Shown piece by piece: positions 13,301-28,300 of a stretch of 64,000 nucleotides of DNA (its first letter is position 1; each line of letters begins with the position of its first letter). The translations under genes and the position numbers were made by a program. The stretch covers positions 6,386,001 to 6,450,000 of the forward strand of contig NC_092672.1 in the NCBI RefSeq assembly GCF_964355755.1. The letters run 5' to 3'. A model generated the notes under the pieces. The model did no database searches. It was not told the DNA's origin and saw nothing but the letters and a program-made list of their open reading frames with translations. Source of the DNA: Antedon mediterranea. Lineage: Eukaryota > Animalia > Echinodermata.

Positions 13301-16300
13301 ATTTATTCAAATATGTTCATTTTAATCTAGCATTTGTTTGGAGAAATTAAAGGCTAAATACGGTACAACCTAGAGTCTCAAATTTATAATTGTTACTGCA
13401 AAGTCCGGTGGTTAAATAGGAAAACAATATTTTTTACAGCTTAGTTGTATAAAAATAAAATTTAAACTATAAGCTTAATATACACTAGCATAACAAACAT
13501 ATTATTTGAACTATTACCATGCCAACAGGCCTAACAATAACATTATTAATCTTGCATGCATAACCCCATGTGATGCACCAAGATTATTCATTTCCAAGTA
13601 GGAAATATCAGATTATTGCCTGAGTGCCTAAAAAAATCAACCTTGAGAGATACACGTTCATAGATACAGTTATGATGATTGTCATTTCCATGGTAACAGC
13701 AATCACTGCCAAAAATGGATTTGTTATTGCCAACTTTGTGATTTAATGTGTTTTTGTTTTAATTAATTCATAAAATACCCGATGAAAATATTTTTTAGAG
13801 TTGCAATTATGAAAAGTAGTCAATTTAATATCCTAGTTATTATTACATACTCATTTTTATATTAAGTGCATTATACGGCCTAGAAAATGACCTATAATAA
13901 AATTCAAGGATTTTGAACATATAACTGGGGATTACAAACATGCTTATCTATTCTTAATGATGATGACAGAAATACTTCCATATCCCTATATATATAGACG
14001 TCTATAATTCGTAAGTATCCGGTCAATGACCGTACGCAATACAACTGTTGATTAAAGAGCAAGATGGCACAATGGTAATGAACCGGACCTGAATGTGAGA
14101 AGGCCCAAGTTCAATACCTGTCGGTACCATGTGTTTGTGACCTTAACAAATATGCTTCAGGCCTTTTTGTTCAAAGTGCCAATATTGTTATTAATTACTT
14201 TTTATCAGAGGCACCTTGTTCCTACTCTGTTTTTTGGGAGGCGCTTCTGTATCAAAATGAAAATAATGCAGTATAATACACATACAAATTACAACTTACC
14301 TAATAATTGGTTTATATGATCTAGAATTTAGGGATTTTGGATGTTGTCGAGCTGGGGATCTTGACCTTGGTCGTTTTTTCTTCCTGACTGGACTAGCTTC
14401 CCTACTTCTTGAGGTTCTTATACTGTTAGAGGGCGACTGTGAGCGTACTGGCGAGACTGATCGTGAATGATTGGAAGAACGTCTAACTTTAGGACTAAAG
14501 TTTCTTTTAGTTGACTCTTTTGATGAAACTTGATCTGAAAAGATTAAGAAACATATATAAAATTGGTTTTATTTTTTATTTGTTTTGTTTTTTATTTAGC
14601 ATGAAATAAAAAGAAAAAGATGATAATAATTGAAAAAATAATAAAAAGAAGAAAAAAACCAAATATGTTTACCAAGTTAAAAAAAAAACTGTCAAAAGTG
14701 AAAATCCTAACTGCATCTCACACTGTTTCTGCTTAATATTAAACCAAGCATAGCCAATATTTTCACTTTTTTATGGGTGGCATATCTCACCAGTTGTACA
14801 TTGTAAAATCAATGCCCTTATCTTAAGAATAGCTTTAATTAAAACAACAATATAAACAAACCTAAAATGCCTTCTGGTACCAAAGTAACTTGTTTATCTT
14901 TTAACATTGTTAGAAAGAGGGCGGCCTTCTTTCGTCGCTCCATCTGTACATTACGTTCTTTTGATGATTGTTGAAATTTTCCTCTGGCTGCTTGGGCTAA
15001 TTTATCTGCTATTTTTTGTCTCGCTAAAAAAACAAACATGCAACAAAAATCCATGACACTTTCTTTTTTAGATAAAAATACATTCATAAATATCTAAAGA
15101 TATATTGTCCCCCTAAAAAAATATTATAATAATTATTCACTTCGGCATAAACTGGATCTGAAAAAAAAATTATTTACCAGCAAAAAATTGAAATTTAAAG
15201 CAAAAAATACGTTTTTGGTTAAAATTAAGTTTCTTTTGTCTTTTTATAAGTGTAATGATTTTTTTTTTTTTAAAGTCAGTAACCTAATTAAAACTGCGAA
15301 ATGGCATATTTTAATTCTGATTTTATTAATCTTCATTCTTCATGTTTTTGGGGGACAATACATCTTTAATAGAATGATCAAATTCAATAGATAAAGTTGC
15401 AACAATTATGGCCCTGAAAAATATCCTAGTAACTTGTTTTGGCAAGTCAACTTTCACCAAAAATGTTGCATACTATAATGGTTAGTAAAATTGAATTTGG
15501 GTCAAACAAAACTGGTATACTGGCCCAGTGACCTACTTAAAAACAACTTTAAGGGCGACCTTTTATATAATACAAGAAAAAATTTATATAGAAATACAGT
15601 CAATAAAGACTAAAGATTCTATGAAAAAAATGAAATAATAATTAAATTTGTATGATGTATTATGATATATACACAGGAGGGGAATTTATAAAATTCATTG
15701 TCTTACAATTTTGCTTCATAATGAGAACACATTATCTAAATTCCACTACCTAAAATCTAACACTGCCAATACTATATTGTCTCACAAAATACAAGAGTTC
15801 AAAGGTGACTAGCCTGGAGGAGATATGACAGAGCTTAGATTTAGAGCTAATAGCCAGTTATTAGCATATTTATTACTCTAAGAAAGTACTCTCCTTCCTT
15901 GACAGCCAAGTAAATGAATAATTCTTGTTAATATTGACACAAGGCTAGCTAAGGCTCTTCGGGAATATAATTGGGCTGGCGTATTTTCACATCAATCGAT
16001 CATGTTTGTATTTAATCACATAAGATGGGCAACATTTTTATTACTTTGTTTAATTAAGACGTCGTACCCAGTAAATGCATTTGATTTAAGACTAATGTTT
16101 ACCTCTGACACACTGAAAACAAAATTAACTTATATAATTATAACATTATATTGTTGTTAAACCACTAACATTAACTAAAATATGGTATTTTAATAGGTTT
16201 AAAAAAAATGTTTTTTTTATATCATCAGTAAAAGCTATAGAAATAATAAATTACAGATTGTAACCATACTAAAAGCCGGTATAATAAGTCACAACATTTT

Positions 16301-19300
16301 GGTTCATATACTTAAAAAAACCCCAAACAAATAAAACATGTTCTTACCCATTATTTTACTAGTTTCTAGGCCTAGTTTTCCTTTATCCATATGTCTATCA
16401 AATATCTCTTCTCGTTCGTCGACGATCATCGGGACGGGGTGATCCATGGAGGCACCAGTTGATGTTTTACCCTGCAATGTATGTACCCGCTTTGTTGTTG
16501 GCTCCTGTTGGCCGTTCTCCTCATCGGACTCGCTGCTTTCGTACGGGAGAGCACTCGGTCGATCCAACAGCTTGTCCTCAGAATCTTTGGTTTTAATAGA
16601 AAAACTAATGGGAGCTGAAATAAGATCAAAAGAGAATTGTTTTATTATGTTTGATGATGACTTCAATTTGACCCTTTATATTTCAAGTCTAAAGCTCTGT
16701 CTACACTATCAAACTTGTTTGACCAAAAAGGTGTGATGTGCCCAAATATGGACATGATGACATCATATCACTACCAGATTTGTGCATATCACACTTCTTT
16801 GTCAAACTAGTTTGATAGTGTAGACAGAACCTTAGGTTTTTGGCTATAATTAACATACAGAGATATAAATATGTAGAACTTGCACCTTTTATAATTAGAA
16901 CATATATTTACATGGGTTGCTTTAACAGGTAAATGGGAGAGGGGAGGGAGGAGAGAGATGGAGGGGAGGGAGGAGAGAGATGGAGGGGAGGAAGGAGAGA
17001 GATGGAGGGGAGGGAGGAGAGAGATGGAGGGGAGGAAGGAGAGAGATGGAGGGGAGGGAGGAGAGAGATGGAGGGGAGGGAGGAGAGAGATGGAGGGGAG
17101 GAAGGAGAGAGATGGAGGGGAGGGAGGAGAGAGATGGAGGGGAGGAAGGAGAGAGATGGAGGGGAGGGAGGAGAGAGATGGAGGGGAGAGATGGAGGGGC
17201 ATGTCCACACTGTTTTCATAGTGATCTTGGTTCTAGAAGACTTACCTTTTTTCGGTTTGTCGTCCTCATTTTCATCTCCCTTCCTAAACTCCTCTACAAA
17301 AACATTCTTTTTATATTTATAATAAGCATTGAAAGTATGCCAGGGTAGTAGAAATTCAAATCGACCGTCGTTTTTGGCTCGTACCGTTGCCTCAAATTCT
17401 TCTCCGTTTCTGGCTACGTACTTGGCCATTTTATCGATGATCGGTTGAATGTCTGGAGTTGGTGGAATGATGTTACTGTTGTCTGCACCACTGAGAGAAG
17501 AAACAAGAACAATGTGTGACCACTAATACAATGATAGTAGAGTTGAGTTTTATTCTAAACAAATAAAAGAGTTTTACTTTAAAGCACCTTTCTATATATT
17601 TTGAACAAAGTTTTCTAGAGCAATACTGTATAATGTATACATGTACTGAAATTATAACATGAGAAATTAGCTTAGTTTTTTTATGTGCTGTTTCTGTCTT
17701 CTAAGTCATAATCATCAGCTCATATTATTATACTACAGTTACTGCAGTAACTACATTTAACCTGTTTATGCAAATATATATCAATATTTTCTGTTTACTG
17801 CAGTAACTGCATTTAACCTGTTTATGCAAATATATATCAATATTTTCTGTTTACTGCAGTGACTACATCATAAACCTTTCATTGAAACAAATTGAAAGCA
17901 TCGTGAGGTAATTTCCCAATTGATCGTAATCAAAACGGTACTGGGTATGGTCTACTAGTTTTTCTGCTCCCAACCAGTACATCCATTCATAGAAGCTTTG
18001 ATGAAGTAGGCCTACCTGGTGGTAACCATAGAACGGTTCCGAGATAACGACTATACTTCGGCTTTAGTCGATAGAAGATTGAAAAAATTGTTAGAGATAG
18101 AGTATACGATGTTTGATTATGTGTAGATGTGTGATTTGTTCTTTTATTCAAATGATATTATTTATTTAATACATTTTTTTATATAAATTAATTAAATTAT
18201 CATAGATTGTATATTATGCGATAAATATTATTTAATAATTTACCAGTACCGTTTTGATTACGATCAATCGGGAAATTACCTCACGACAAATATATATCAA
18301 TATTTTTGGTTTACTGCAGTGACTGCATCATAAACCTTTCATTGAAACAAATTGAAAGCATACATTATTATAGTAAAAACTGCAGTAGAATTATTTTGAC
18401 ATGATTCCTTACAAAGGACCATAATCTGGGTAATTTTTCAACGTATCTTTACAATATCAACATGATAGACAGTACAGTGTTCGGCATTTTGCACTATATT
18501 ATTTTGAATTTTATTATTACTGTATCTGAATACATCAACTCTATTCTGCTATAGGCATATTATATAGAAATGTATCAGTGTAAAATAATAAGTATTAATT
18601 TAAAAGATATCTTCACAAGATTCCAAAGTAATGATGAATCAACCAGATATGATTTGCACAATAATCAATTATTAGTATTATAACCAGTGTTAATTAGTTT
18701 GCTTAAAGGAAGTATATCTTAGAGAACAAAGACCTCATTGTAAATGGCATAATTGTAGCACAATATCTAGTTCACTGTGTCAAGATGGTATACATTACAC
18801 TGCAGCAATTAGAGCACATTCTGCTTTCTCTTTTATTTCTCCTTTTCCCCTCTATAACCATAGAGATATTATAGTGAACTATAATATCTCTATGCTATAA
18901 CCAACAGGAGTGCAAGGCACCAATTACAGGTCGATAATAAAACATACATTTTTCTCTGTTTACCTTTTAGTAGAAATGAAATTGTTCTAAATTCAGATGT
19001 ATAGATAAATTTAATTTTTATTTTCTTAAATTATGACGGATTAAATAAATACATTGAACAAGATTGGTTTTTAATGGTTTTGGGAATAAGGGCTGTGGCT
19101 GACACTGACAATAAACAAAAAAGGTAGGCAATTTTAGCACCCATGCTCAAATAACATTTACTGTATTGTATTGTTATATCCAGGAACTCAACAGAGCATG
19201 TGTGTACTGAATAATATACAAAAAAGTATTTTGTATCATGGGTGATATAATTGGTAGTCAATTAACAATTAAAATGTTTATTTTATAAGTGGGATCTTGT

Positions 19301-22300
19301 CCACCTACAGCTGGCCTTCAAAAAGAGACTCTACAATTCATTTTCTTTGACACAACATCATGTTTGTTGAATGTTATGAATAATGTGTCACTAAATCAAA
19401 TTTCATATGCGAAGTATTAAAATATTATATTATCGGATATCAAAAGAGTGAAAACTGATACAAAGAATGTAATCTAAGGGGATTTGGTGCAGAAATTAAT
19501 TTGGAGAAAGCTATATCTTATCAATTTAAATTAGGTTTGTTGCGTAGCACAGCATATAAATCATCTATAACCAATATTAAATTACGAACATGTCGTCAAT
19601 TGATGTTTGCTGTATTCCAAGACTGGTTTAAACCACCTGACCTCTTGTTAGTGGGAATTAATTAATTTCTACCTAGAAAGGCACTTTTTTGTGGCACTGT
19701 GTTTATAGCCGACTCACCAGTATCATAGGTAGATTCTGTGATACAGTATCACATGTGAAACACATGTAAAGCCTGTATCATAATTTCTAACCTAACCCAA
19801 ACCTTCTATGATACAGGCATCACATGTGAAACACATGTAAAGCCTGTACCATAATTTCCAAACCTTCCATGATACAGCATTCACATGTGAGTAACATGAT
19901 ATGCTGTATTATGGAATTTGCCTATGACACTGGAAATATTGCCATAGTGGTTCAATCTGCTTTTCTACAGTACTATGTAGTAAGGATAGTTTTCTTTATA
20001 CATATTGCAATGTCAAAATATTGTTTAGTAACCCTTTTATACAAATAATTCACATAAAACTTTAAGACATAAAGAGACAAAAAGAGATAAATAAATTGAA
20101 ACACACAGAGCATAACAATACAATGTTTACGTTTCATCAAAAATGCAATTCAAAACCAATTCATTAATTTGTAATAGAAAAAAAAAAGTTTCAGTTTTTA
20201 AGAGTTCATTTTGATAGCTTTTATCAATAACGAGTTATCCAATGAAATAATTGTCACTAAATGTTCACCAATGAAAAAAACAAGAAATACCATACTCGGT
20301 ACCATGCATATTCGTAAATCGTAAGATTAACATCTTGAGAATGTGATGGTATGTATAGAGAGTTTTATTTTATACAAATAAATATACATCTCTCACTCTC
20401 ATTAAATACAAATGAAGGAAATACGAATCTAGTTGAGTTCAACAGACATTGACAATACTGCAACATCCAAAATATGCAAAGATTGGCAAATCATAATGTC
20501 ATATGCATATATACACTAAATGATACTATCGATTATGAGTATTTGCTTGTAAATTACTCTAGATTTGGAGATGGGTAGTCGAGTGGTTAGGAGACTTGAC
20601 TGTCATACAGAGAGACCAAGGTTCAATTCCGACAACTCCCAGTCCACTCAACTGTAAATGAGTAGGTTGTTGAAAATACTAGGGAAGATACAGCGGCATG
20701 GAAAGGAACTGGGCATCCTACCACACAATGCAGAGGCTTAAAATGAGCTAACAGCTTATTTCAAGTCCATAAATTTCTATCATCAAATACTCTCCTAAAA
20801 AACTCTGGAGTTTTTAATTATTTCCCTGAAAAGCCCACCTAACATTTTGACACAGATCCATGTTCAATGCTAATGGTACAATGTCAGAATTGAAGAGAGA
20901 AAATCAATTTGAATACATACCTTGGAATAGCACTAGGTGAACTTGTCCCTGAAACATCTGTAACTGGGGGTAAGGTATATATTGCAGGGGAGGAGATTAT
21001 TGAGGTAGATATTTCAGTGTGTGACAAATTAACATTTGCGATGGGGGGTGGAGGTGGAGCAGGGGGTGGAGGGGGAGGTGCAAACGATGTTCCTTGTGCC
21101 ACAGAAATAAAGGGTTGTAATTGCGAGCTGTGATCTGTAAAGAGAAACAGAAGTAATGCATGTATTATAATATTCTACTAGAAATATGTTTTTTTTAATT
21201 TTCATTCATTAAGAGTTTAATACTTAAAATTAACATCTTAAAATGAAAAACAGAAAAGGAGAAAATTGCATACCTGAATTTGAAGTTGGAGGCGGTGGAG
21301 GAGGCGGAATTAGTGAACCCATAACATTTGGTAGATAGCCAGCAGCTACTAATGCTGCAGGATCGTAGCCCTGGGCAAGTAGACTGGAGACATCAGGGTA
21401 GCCAGGAGGCATCTCGTACATAGGCGGATGAATGCTTGATGTTGGAGGTAACCGGCGTGTATCACTTGATTGCTGTGGCAGTGTTTGATGTACTGCCTAA
21501 TAAAAAAAGGAAGAAAAGGCAACTAAATCAAAACTGGAAAAAGAATTCTTGCTATAGGTGAAATTATTGTCTAAATTATTCTACTTACAACATTTTGTTT
21601 AACCTTTAATTATATTATTATACATTGAGTTTGATTGAAACTAAAATCATACGTTTACAGTAAAAATATAATTTATTGAAGCAGAATCATTTTCACATGA
21701 TCACAAAACTAGATACATTTTTAATACTAGGCTTGAGTAGGTTGTTGAAGTTGAGTAAATGCTTTACTTTAAACTAATTGAAACAGCTTATGGCACAATT
21801 AGCAATAGTTGTTACCTTGCAATAAATTAATATTTACTTACAGATGCGTTAGTTGGTTTTGGCCTCGGATTTGACACTAGACTGGGATGTAGATATCCGC
21901 TGTGATTGTGATCATCTTCATCGTCATCTTCACTGTGATGTCCACTGTCATCGTTACCGGTACTTTTTATATTGCATACTTTTCCTACATAATATTAATA
22001 AATACAAAAGTAAATAAAAGAAAGGATTGTGATGAGTGTTCCACAAAAAATTTACATATATATGGTCAATTAAAGGCCAATTTAGACAGTGTCGCATGAA
22101 AAGGCTCGTCGAAAAGTCTTGATTCGTCGGTGTTAAACGTTTAAGCTGAATCCTGATGAAACAAGTCGCCTTGCGATAACATAGTTTTTAGGTTGCCGCT
22201 AGAACTTTAAACATGTTTAATTTTCATGCCGACTCGTTGGGCCTTGTCTTACAACGCTGTCTGTAAGTAACATGAACAAGATTTGAACACCAGGATGATA

Positions 22301-25300
22301 AGTTACTGTAGGATATCTTCATAATAGTCCAACATGCACATTATATTAAAATACGAGTATGGAGAGTTAATGTATCCCATCCTATGATTGAGGTGTTTAC
22401 AGAACTGAATGTTTTCTGTCATAGACTGCTTCACACCCAGGTTCCCTCCCCCCACCCACACCATCCATTCTGTGGCGGTTTTCAAATGTAGTTTAAAACC
22501 TTCCTAGTATAATTCTAGCCATTACCCCAACCCTCCAGGCTCTTCCCGGTTCAAATGTAGTTACTGTAAACATTTCTTTCTATTGATAATACATTACTCC
22601 TAACCCTCTATCTAATAATAATAATAATAATATATATCATATTAATAATGCTTCATCGTAGTGCATTCTACTATTTTGTGCCATTTATTCCTGGAATGGG
22701 CCGGGTGTGTAGCAAGTGGGCCAGTGTAATTTAATACTGCTTTCATGTCATCCTCTATTATTTTTGTTCATATTTTCTTTGGTCTTCCAACAGGTCTTTT
22801 CAATTTCTTCCTCCAGAGCTAGTTTTGCAGGTGAATTATCTGGGAGTCTTGATGACTGTATCAGTTCAATCTAATACTAATTAAAATATAAATCATTGTT
22901 AATTACCTTCTTTGGTTTGCCTCCGATCCTCTGTCTTCTGCTGGTCCATGTTTGGTCTATAATGGCCAGACTTTATTAATTTTAATATATGTTTATAATA
23001 TGGATTGAGGTAGTGGTCAAAATTAAGAAAATCAAATTGTGAATTTCCAGCTTGTTTCGCCTTGATTCGTATCTCCATCTGCGCTCCTCGCGAACTGATG
23101 AAGTGGGCTGTACGTTCCATAAAAGTATGCATTTTTGTCGTCTCCGGCTAAAAGATAAAAACAATATTGTTTAGGATATTTATCAACATTACCTGCTCAT
23201 ACAGTATGTTTAGATATTCTTCACAAGTACGGTAATACATTTTTATATAACTTCAACACAACTTACACATTAAACGTAAATATAATTAACTATAAACAAT
23301 ATTCTTATTACCACACAGTAATTTCTAGAACAGTATTTTTTTGTTATTTATTATTGTAGTACTGTAGCCTAAATACATAAATATACATTTTAATGATGTA
23401 TAATAAATTTAATGGAAGCACTGAAAATGAGGATGCCATTTTAAGTACATTCTTACTTTACAACAGTTACATAAGCACAAATAATAGGTATTTGATCGAT
23501 GCATCGGATTATAGTGTATAGATTGTGCACGACCCAGTTAATGCTCATCTATACCAAAGACATAAATTTCTCAAGGTCTAGAGAATGAGAAATACGTGAC
23601 AACGAAACAAGCCTGCTCAGTCAAGCATTCAATTCATCATCTCATGAAGAACTGATTTCCCTATCAACGTCGCAGTATAGTGAATTCTAGAGTATAGCAA
23701 TTCTTTGCCTGCATAGTCAAATTGTCATCTGATAAAAGGAATAAGCTATAAAAATATTGTATAATTACTATAATGTGCAGTTTTGGTATCATTTTATTGT
23801 CAAAATATTATATAATAATAAAATGTGTTTGGTATTAATCATTTTATTGTCAAAATTCTGTCAATTTTTAATATAGTTTTATTCATCAAATTAAATACAA
23901 ATAAATTTGAAATAAACATTTTTTTTATAAAATACTAAAATATAAAAATTATTATGTACAAAATTATTACTAATTTGTATTCTCATAATTAGTTAAACCA
24001 TTTATGTAACAGTGGTGATGATGTCATATTTTTATCTATTAAACCACAGCTTATTAACTGTAAATTATTAATGAGTTATTGATGAACAGTTGATGGTATA
24101 CTGTATGTCATATCTTTAGTTGTTTAATATTGGCTTTTACAGTGAACCCACAACACAAATCACACCCTAGGAGAATTAATAATGTGTATAGGATACCGTA
24201 GGATAGTCATTTTCAATTGAGGTCCTGTGAATTTTTTTCTTAGCCAAGCTCTCATTTTGGAGCTTCAAATTGCTGCAGAATGGAGTGGTGAAAATGGTTC
24301 CTTTGCATCATCTATATTGTGTTGGTTATTTTTAGAAAAATGTCATGGTTTTTTTTTTGCGTAAAGCGATTAGAAACATAGTATTAGTATCAAGGCCAAC
24401 TCAGACAGTTTCGGACGGTGAGGCCCAACGTGTTGACTCGTCAGTACAGTCTAAGTTGTATTATTTCTTGCCATTTGACGGAATAAATGTTTGTTGAATT
24501 GAATTGACAAGACGTTTCATATTGAGCGTAGGCGTAGCTTTTTGGTCGTCGGGAGAACATTAAACATGTTTTATCATCTACCGATGAGACGATTCGTCAG
24601 GCCTCTTCTTCTGACGCTGTCTGAGTTGGCCTGTCGGTGCTATATAAGATAACCATTATTATTATTAATTAATGCATAGTTACCACTTCCATGTCCATGG
24701 GTATCTTAAGTTCTGGAGGTGCAATGAACGGTTCTTCAAGTATCACATTTGTTTCAATTTTTTCCACTTTTACAGTTTCTTTTTCTTTAATTTGTTTTGC
24801 TTCAATTTCTGAAAAATGAAAACATTAAAGATTGTTGCTTGATAATGTTTGACTACATACTTTACCCACAAATCAAATATTCAAACAGAGGTTCAAATTG
24901 CCAATCAACTCCCTAGCTTCCTAAACCTTTCACCTCTTAAAGTAACCTAAGGGGCCTTTAATCATCCATTACATTTCACACATAATTGCTTGGTAAACTA
25001 ATGGTAAAAGTCACTATGAATTTAGTATGGGTACTAATTGAAACAGAATGTTTCCAAAATGTTAATTAACAGGTTGAGAAATGAAGAGATTTGATAAATT
25101 ATTCAAATTTAAAAAAAAAAGAACGTTCTCAGAGAATGTTGAGATACTGTAAATAAGGAAATTTTAGTGTTGTGTATGAAATATTTTTAGTATGTATAGT
25201 TTTAGATGATTTGTTTGTTTAAATTATGGTAAAAAAATAAAAAAATGTGATGGGATGTTTTTTCAATCCTGAATTCACAGGTAGTTTGTTTTGAAGAATT

Positions 25301-28300
25301 CGGAAAATTAGCAAATTATTTTATTAACATTTTTGTTAAATTATTTATGGTTCTCTATTGTGAATGAACACTTTCGAACTCAGCAAAGTCCTTTTAATAG
25401 GAGTGTCCTCTGAACAGAGGTGTTGTCTGAATAGGGATGTGCCCACTGAATAGGGGTTTGCCATAGTGTTAAAATACTATTTTTCCTCTTATGGAAAGTG
25501 TACCTTTAATAGAGGTTTCCCCTAATAGGGATGTCAAAAAGGTTCTATCGTAAACAACTTTGAACCATCATTATCCATAGACATTTAGGTATTTGTCATC
25601 AATACTTCTATTTATGAAACACTATGGTCTTGATATAATTTTAGATGGAAATTAGGACTCCCTGTGACCCTAGGAAATAGGAAATATCTGAAAAGTAAAT
25701 TTCATAATAATTCAGCCAGTAAAGTATGTTTCAACTGACGTTTCCAAATAGTCAACTTGAATGAATGGAACACTTATTGCTGAATAAATTAAATTAATAT
25801 GATGGCTTCGCAATGTGTCACGATGTACAGTTAATATTAATAACAGAAGGGGGCCAAGGACTTGTAGTAAAAGTTAACATGAATAGTCGTGCCTAAACAG
25901 TGAGTAGTGTCACACCCTTATATGGTTGTAGAATAAGGGGCCGCAGCCAAATGATTCTCCTGCAATTACTGCAGTAATACGTACTGTATACTCAATAACC
26001 TGTTTAGAAAATAAAAATGACAAGCTAACTTTTACCATCAAGTTTTTTTTATACAATTACAGTAAATTTATAAATTCATCATACCCTATGTAAATTATTA
26101 TTATATTGACTGAAGAATCATAACATTCTTTATAGTTTAAACAAACTAAACTTATAATTACCGTACTGACGCGGGTATAAGCCCACCCCCCTCGAACATG
26201 AAATCACGTCAAGTTTGGAAGGTGGGCTTATACCCGAGGATCCAAAAATGCAGATCGTCAAAAACAGCACATGTACACTGTGTATTCCCACCATGCGAGC
26301 GAGCGCCCTCACGTGTACGACGTTGCCACTACACTCTATCTTTGCTCTAAATACACGAGGTGTAGAGTGTCGGAAAATTAAGCTTATAGTTCGTGTAATT
26401 TATCGTAGAATAATCTAATTTTAAACATCAATTGAACAAGAATTTATCAAGCAGAAAAGCAAGTATACAATGTTCGTTAAATAGAAATGTACCAAAGAAA
26501 TTTAATAAGCTTGTTTATGGCAGCCGATACCAAATAGTGGTTTTCCGTTTTGGCGACTTGTAGCGTCGTGTGTGAAGCGATCTTCGACCGCGATGGAGTG
26601 TAAACAAAACAGGACCACTAGGCCTCATATGGCCTAGCGTATATTAGCTTAGCTTTGTTATGATCAAAGGTAGGTGTATTCGGTGTATGGACGTCGCCAA
26701 ATACAAAATAATATATTACGACACACACTGTAGATCTTCGAATTAATGGGTGGGCTTATACCCAAGTGCCTCATTTTTTCATGAAAATTAGTCAAAAGTC
26801 GGGGGTGGGCTTATACCCAAGTATGGGCTTATACCCGCGTCAGTACGGTATATGTTTGTAAATAATTTAGTTATAATACTGCAGCAGTAGAATACTGTAT
26901 GTTTTGATATGTTCCCTAATTATTTTAAGAGTACACTAATAACAATTGAAAAACAAACACAATACTACTGTATTCATCAGAATTCAAAATATAGTATAAT
27001 AAAATTTTTAAGAGCCACACCTCTGTATAGGTTTATTATTATTTATTTTGACCGTGAACTTCATTAGAAAAAAATGACTGAAAAATACTGGTATTTTCAA
27101 ATACTTATTCATTCAGTTATATCATTTATTTTTCAACATTAATTCATCATTAATCAATAATGATATTGATTACAAATTAAACATTGCCAATAATGTTGAT
27201 TACGTTAATTTCCCGATAATTATCATTTTGACCGGTCAATTTTCAACGTGAAGAACTGTTTATTGACCTTACAGTTCTCCGTAATAATTGCAAATCATCC
27301 AAATCAATAACTGGTGGTAACACAAAGGAATATTGGATGTTTAATTTTAAAATACAAAATTCCACATAGTATCTGTACAAAGCATTTTTAATAACATTTG
27401 TTGACGTATCTACACTGTGCTCATCATTCTGTGGCTTAAATTTATATACGATATGCCATAGTTGGGAAATTATAAATAATGTTTTGTTAACTATAAAAAC
27501 ATTTAATTATGTAATTCTTTGTGAGATAATACATAAGATCATTAATATTAATTTGGTCTTGATCTTGATTATGCACTGCAATTAAAAACTCCGACTGGAA
27601 TATCACTCAATGTGTAGATAGAGGTTGAAGAGGGGAGGGCTAAACAATAGCCAAACTTACTGTACTGTGCTTGGAGAAGATTTTACTAAAAATGGTCAAA
27701 GTTGTGAAGTATGGAAGGGTATTCCAATCTCTGACTGTGTATTGGGAAAGAAAGAGCTCTGGAAACGGTTGGTCTGGAACTTTAATTGTAAGCAGATTGT
27801 GGAACTTCCAAAAAGGGGTTCTACAAAAAATACTGGTTTAAAATAGTGAATTATACCTAAATGGATTATTATTATTATTATTTTATTACATAAAGTTAGT
27901 TCAATTATTCGCACTGATATGTGACCTTTGACATACATTTTAATACTATTTCTTTTTTTGGTGTATTTTTTTTTACAAAAAATTTACCTTGGAAACAATC
28001 AATACTCAGTTTGCTATGACAATTTTTCAAATTTTCTTATCCAAGAAATAATTTTTATAGTTTAAGAATGCAATACACAAAAATTTGCTATTTTCATTCA
28101 TCATATTAATAATTAAAGGAAAGCATTGAAATATTTCTAAATATATTCATGAAAAAAAACCCGTTCCACTTTTAAGGATTATCATAGAAGCTTTTACCGT
28201 CGAGGAAAAATGACTGGTATTTTAAACTGGATTGAACAATATCCTTTGGGAATTAAAGCCGGTCACCGAGGCTATCAAACCATAATATACCTGCATTAAG

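Noticed and set aside
16807-17348. Several 87-133 aa ORFs ([10 protein letters not shown].. / PPLHLSPPS..)
   Set aside because: Products of the purine minisatellite; only 17246-17490 is a real SFSWAP exon.
17995-18062. Hammerhead-like TTGATGAAG motif in the long-duplication element
   Set aside because: Lacks the conserved CUGA start and the GAAA box.
20567-20645. Possible tRNA genes (also ~14060-14125)
   Set aside because: A/B boxes are present but there is no good cloverleaf, and the sequence continues into a SINE body found elsewhere in the window.
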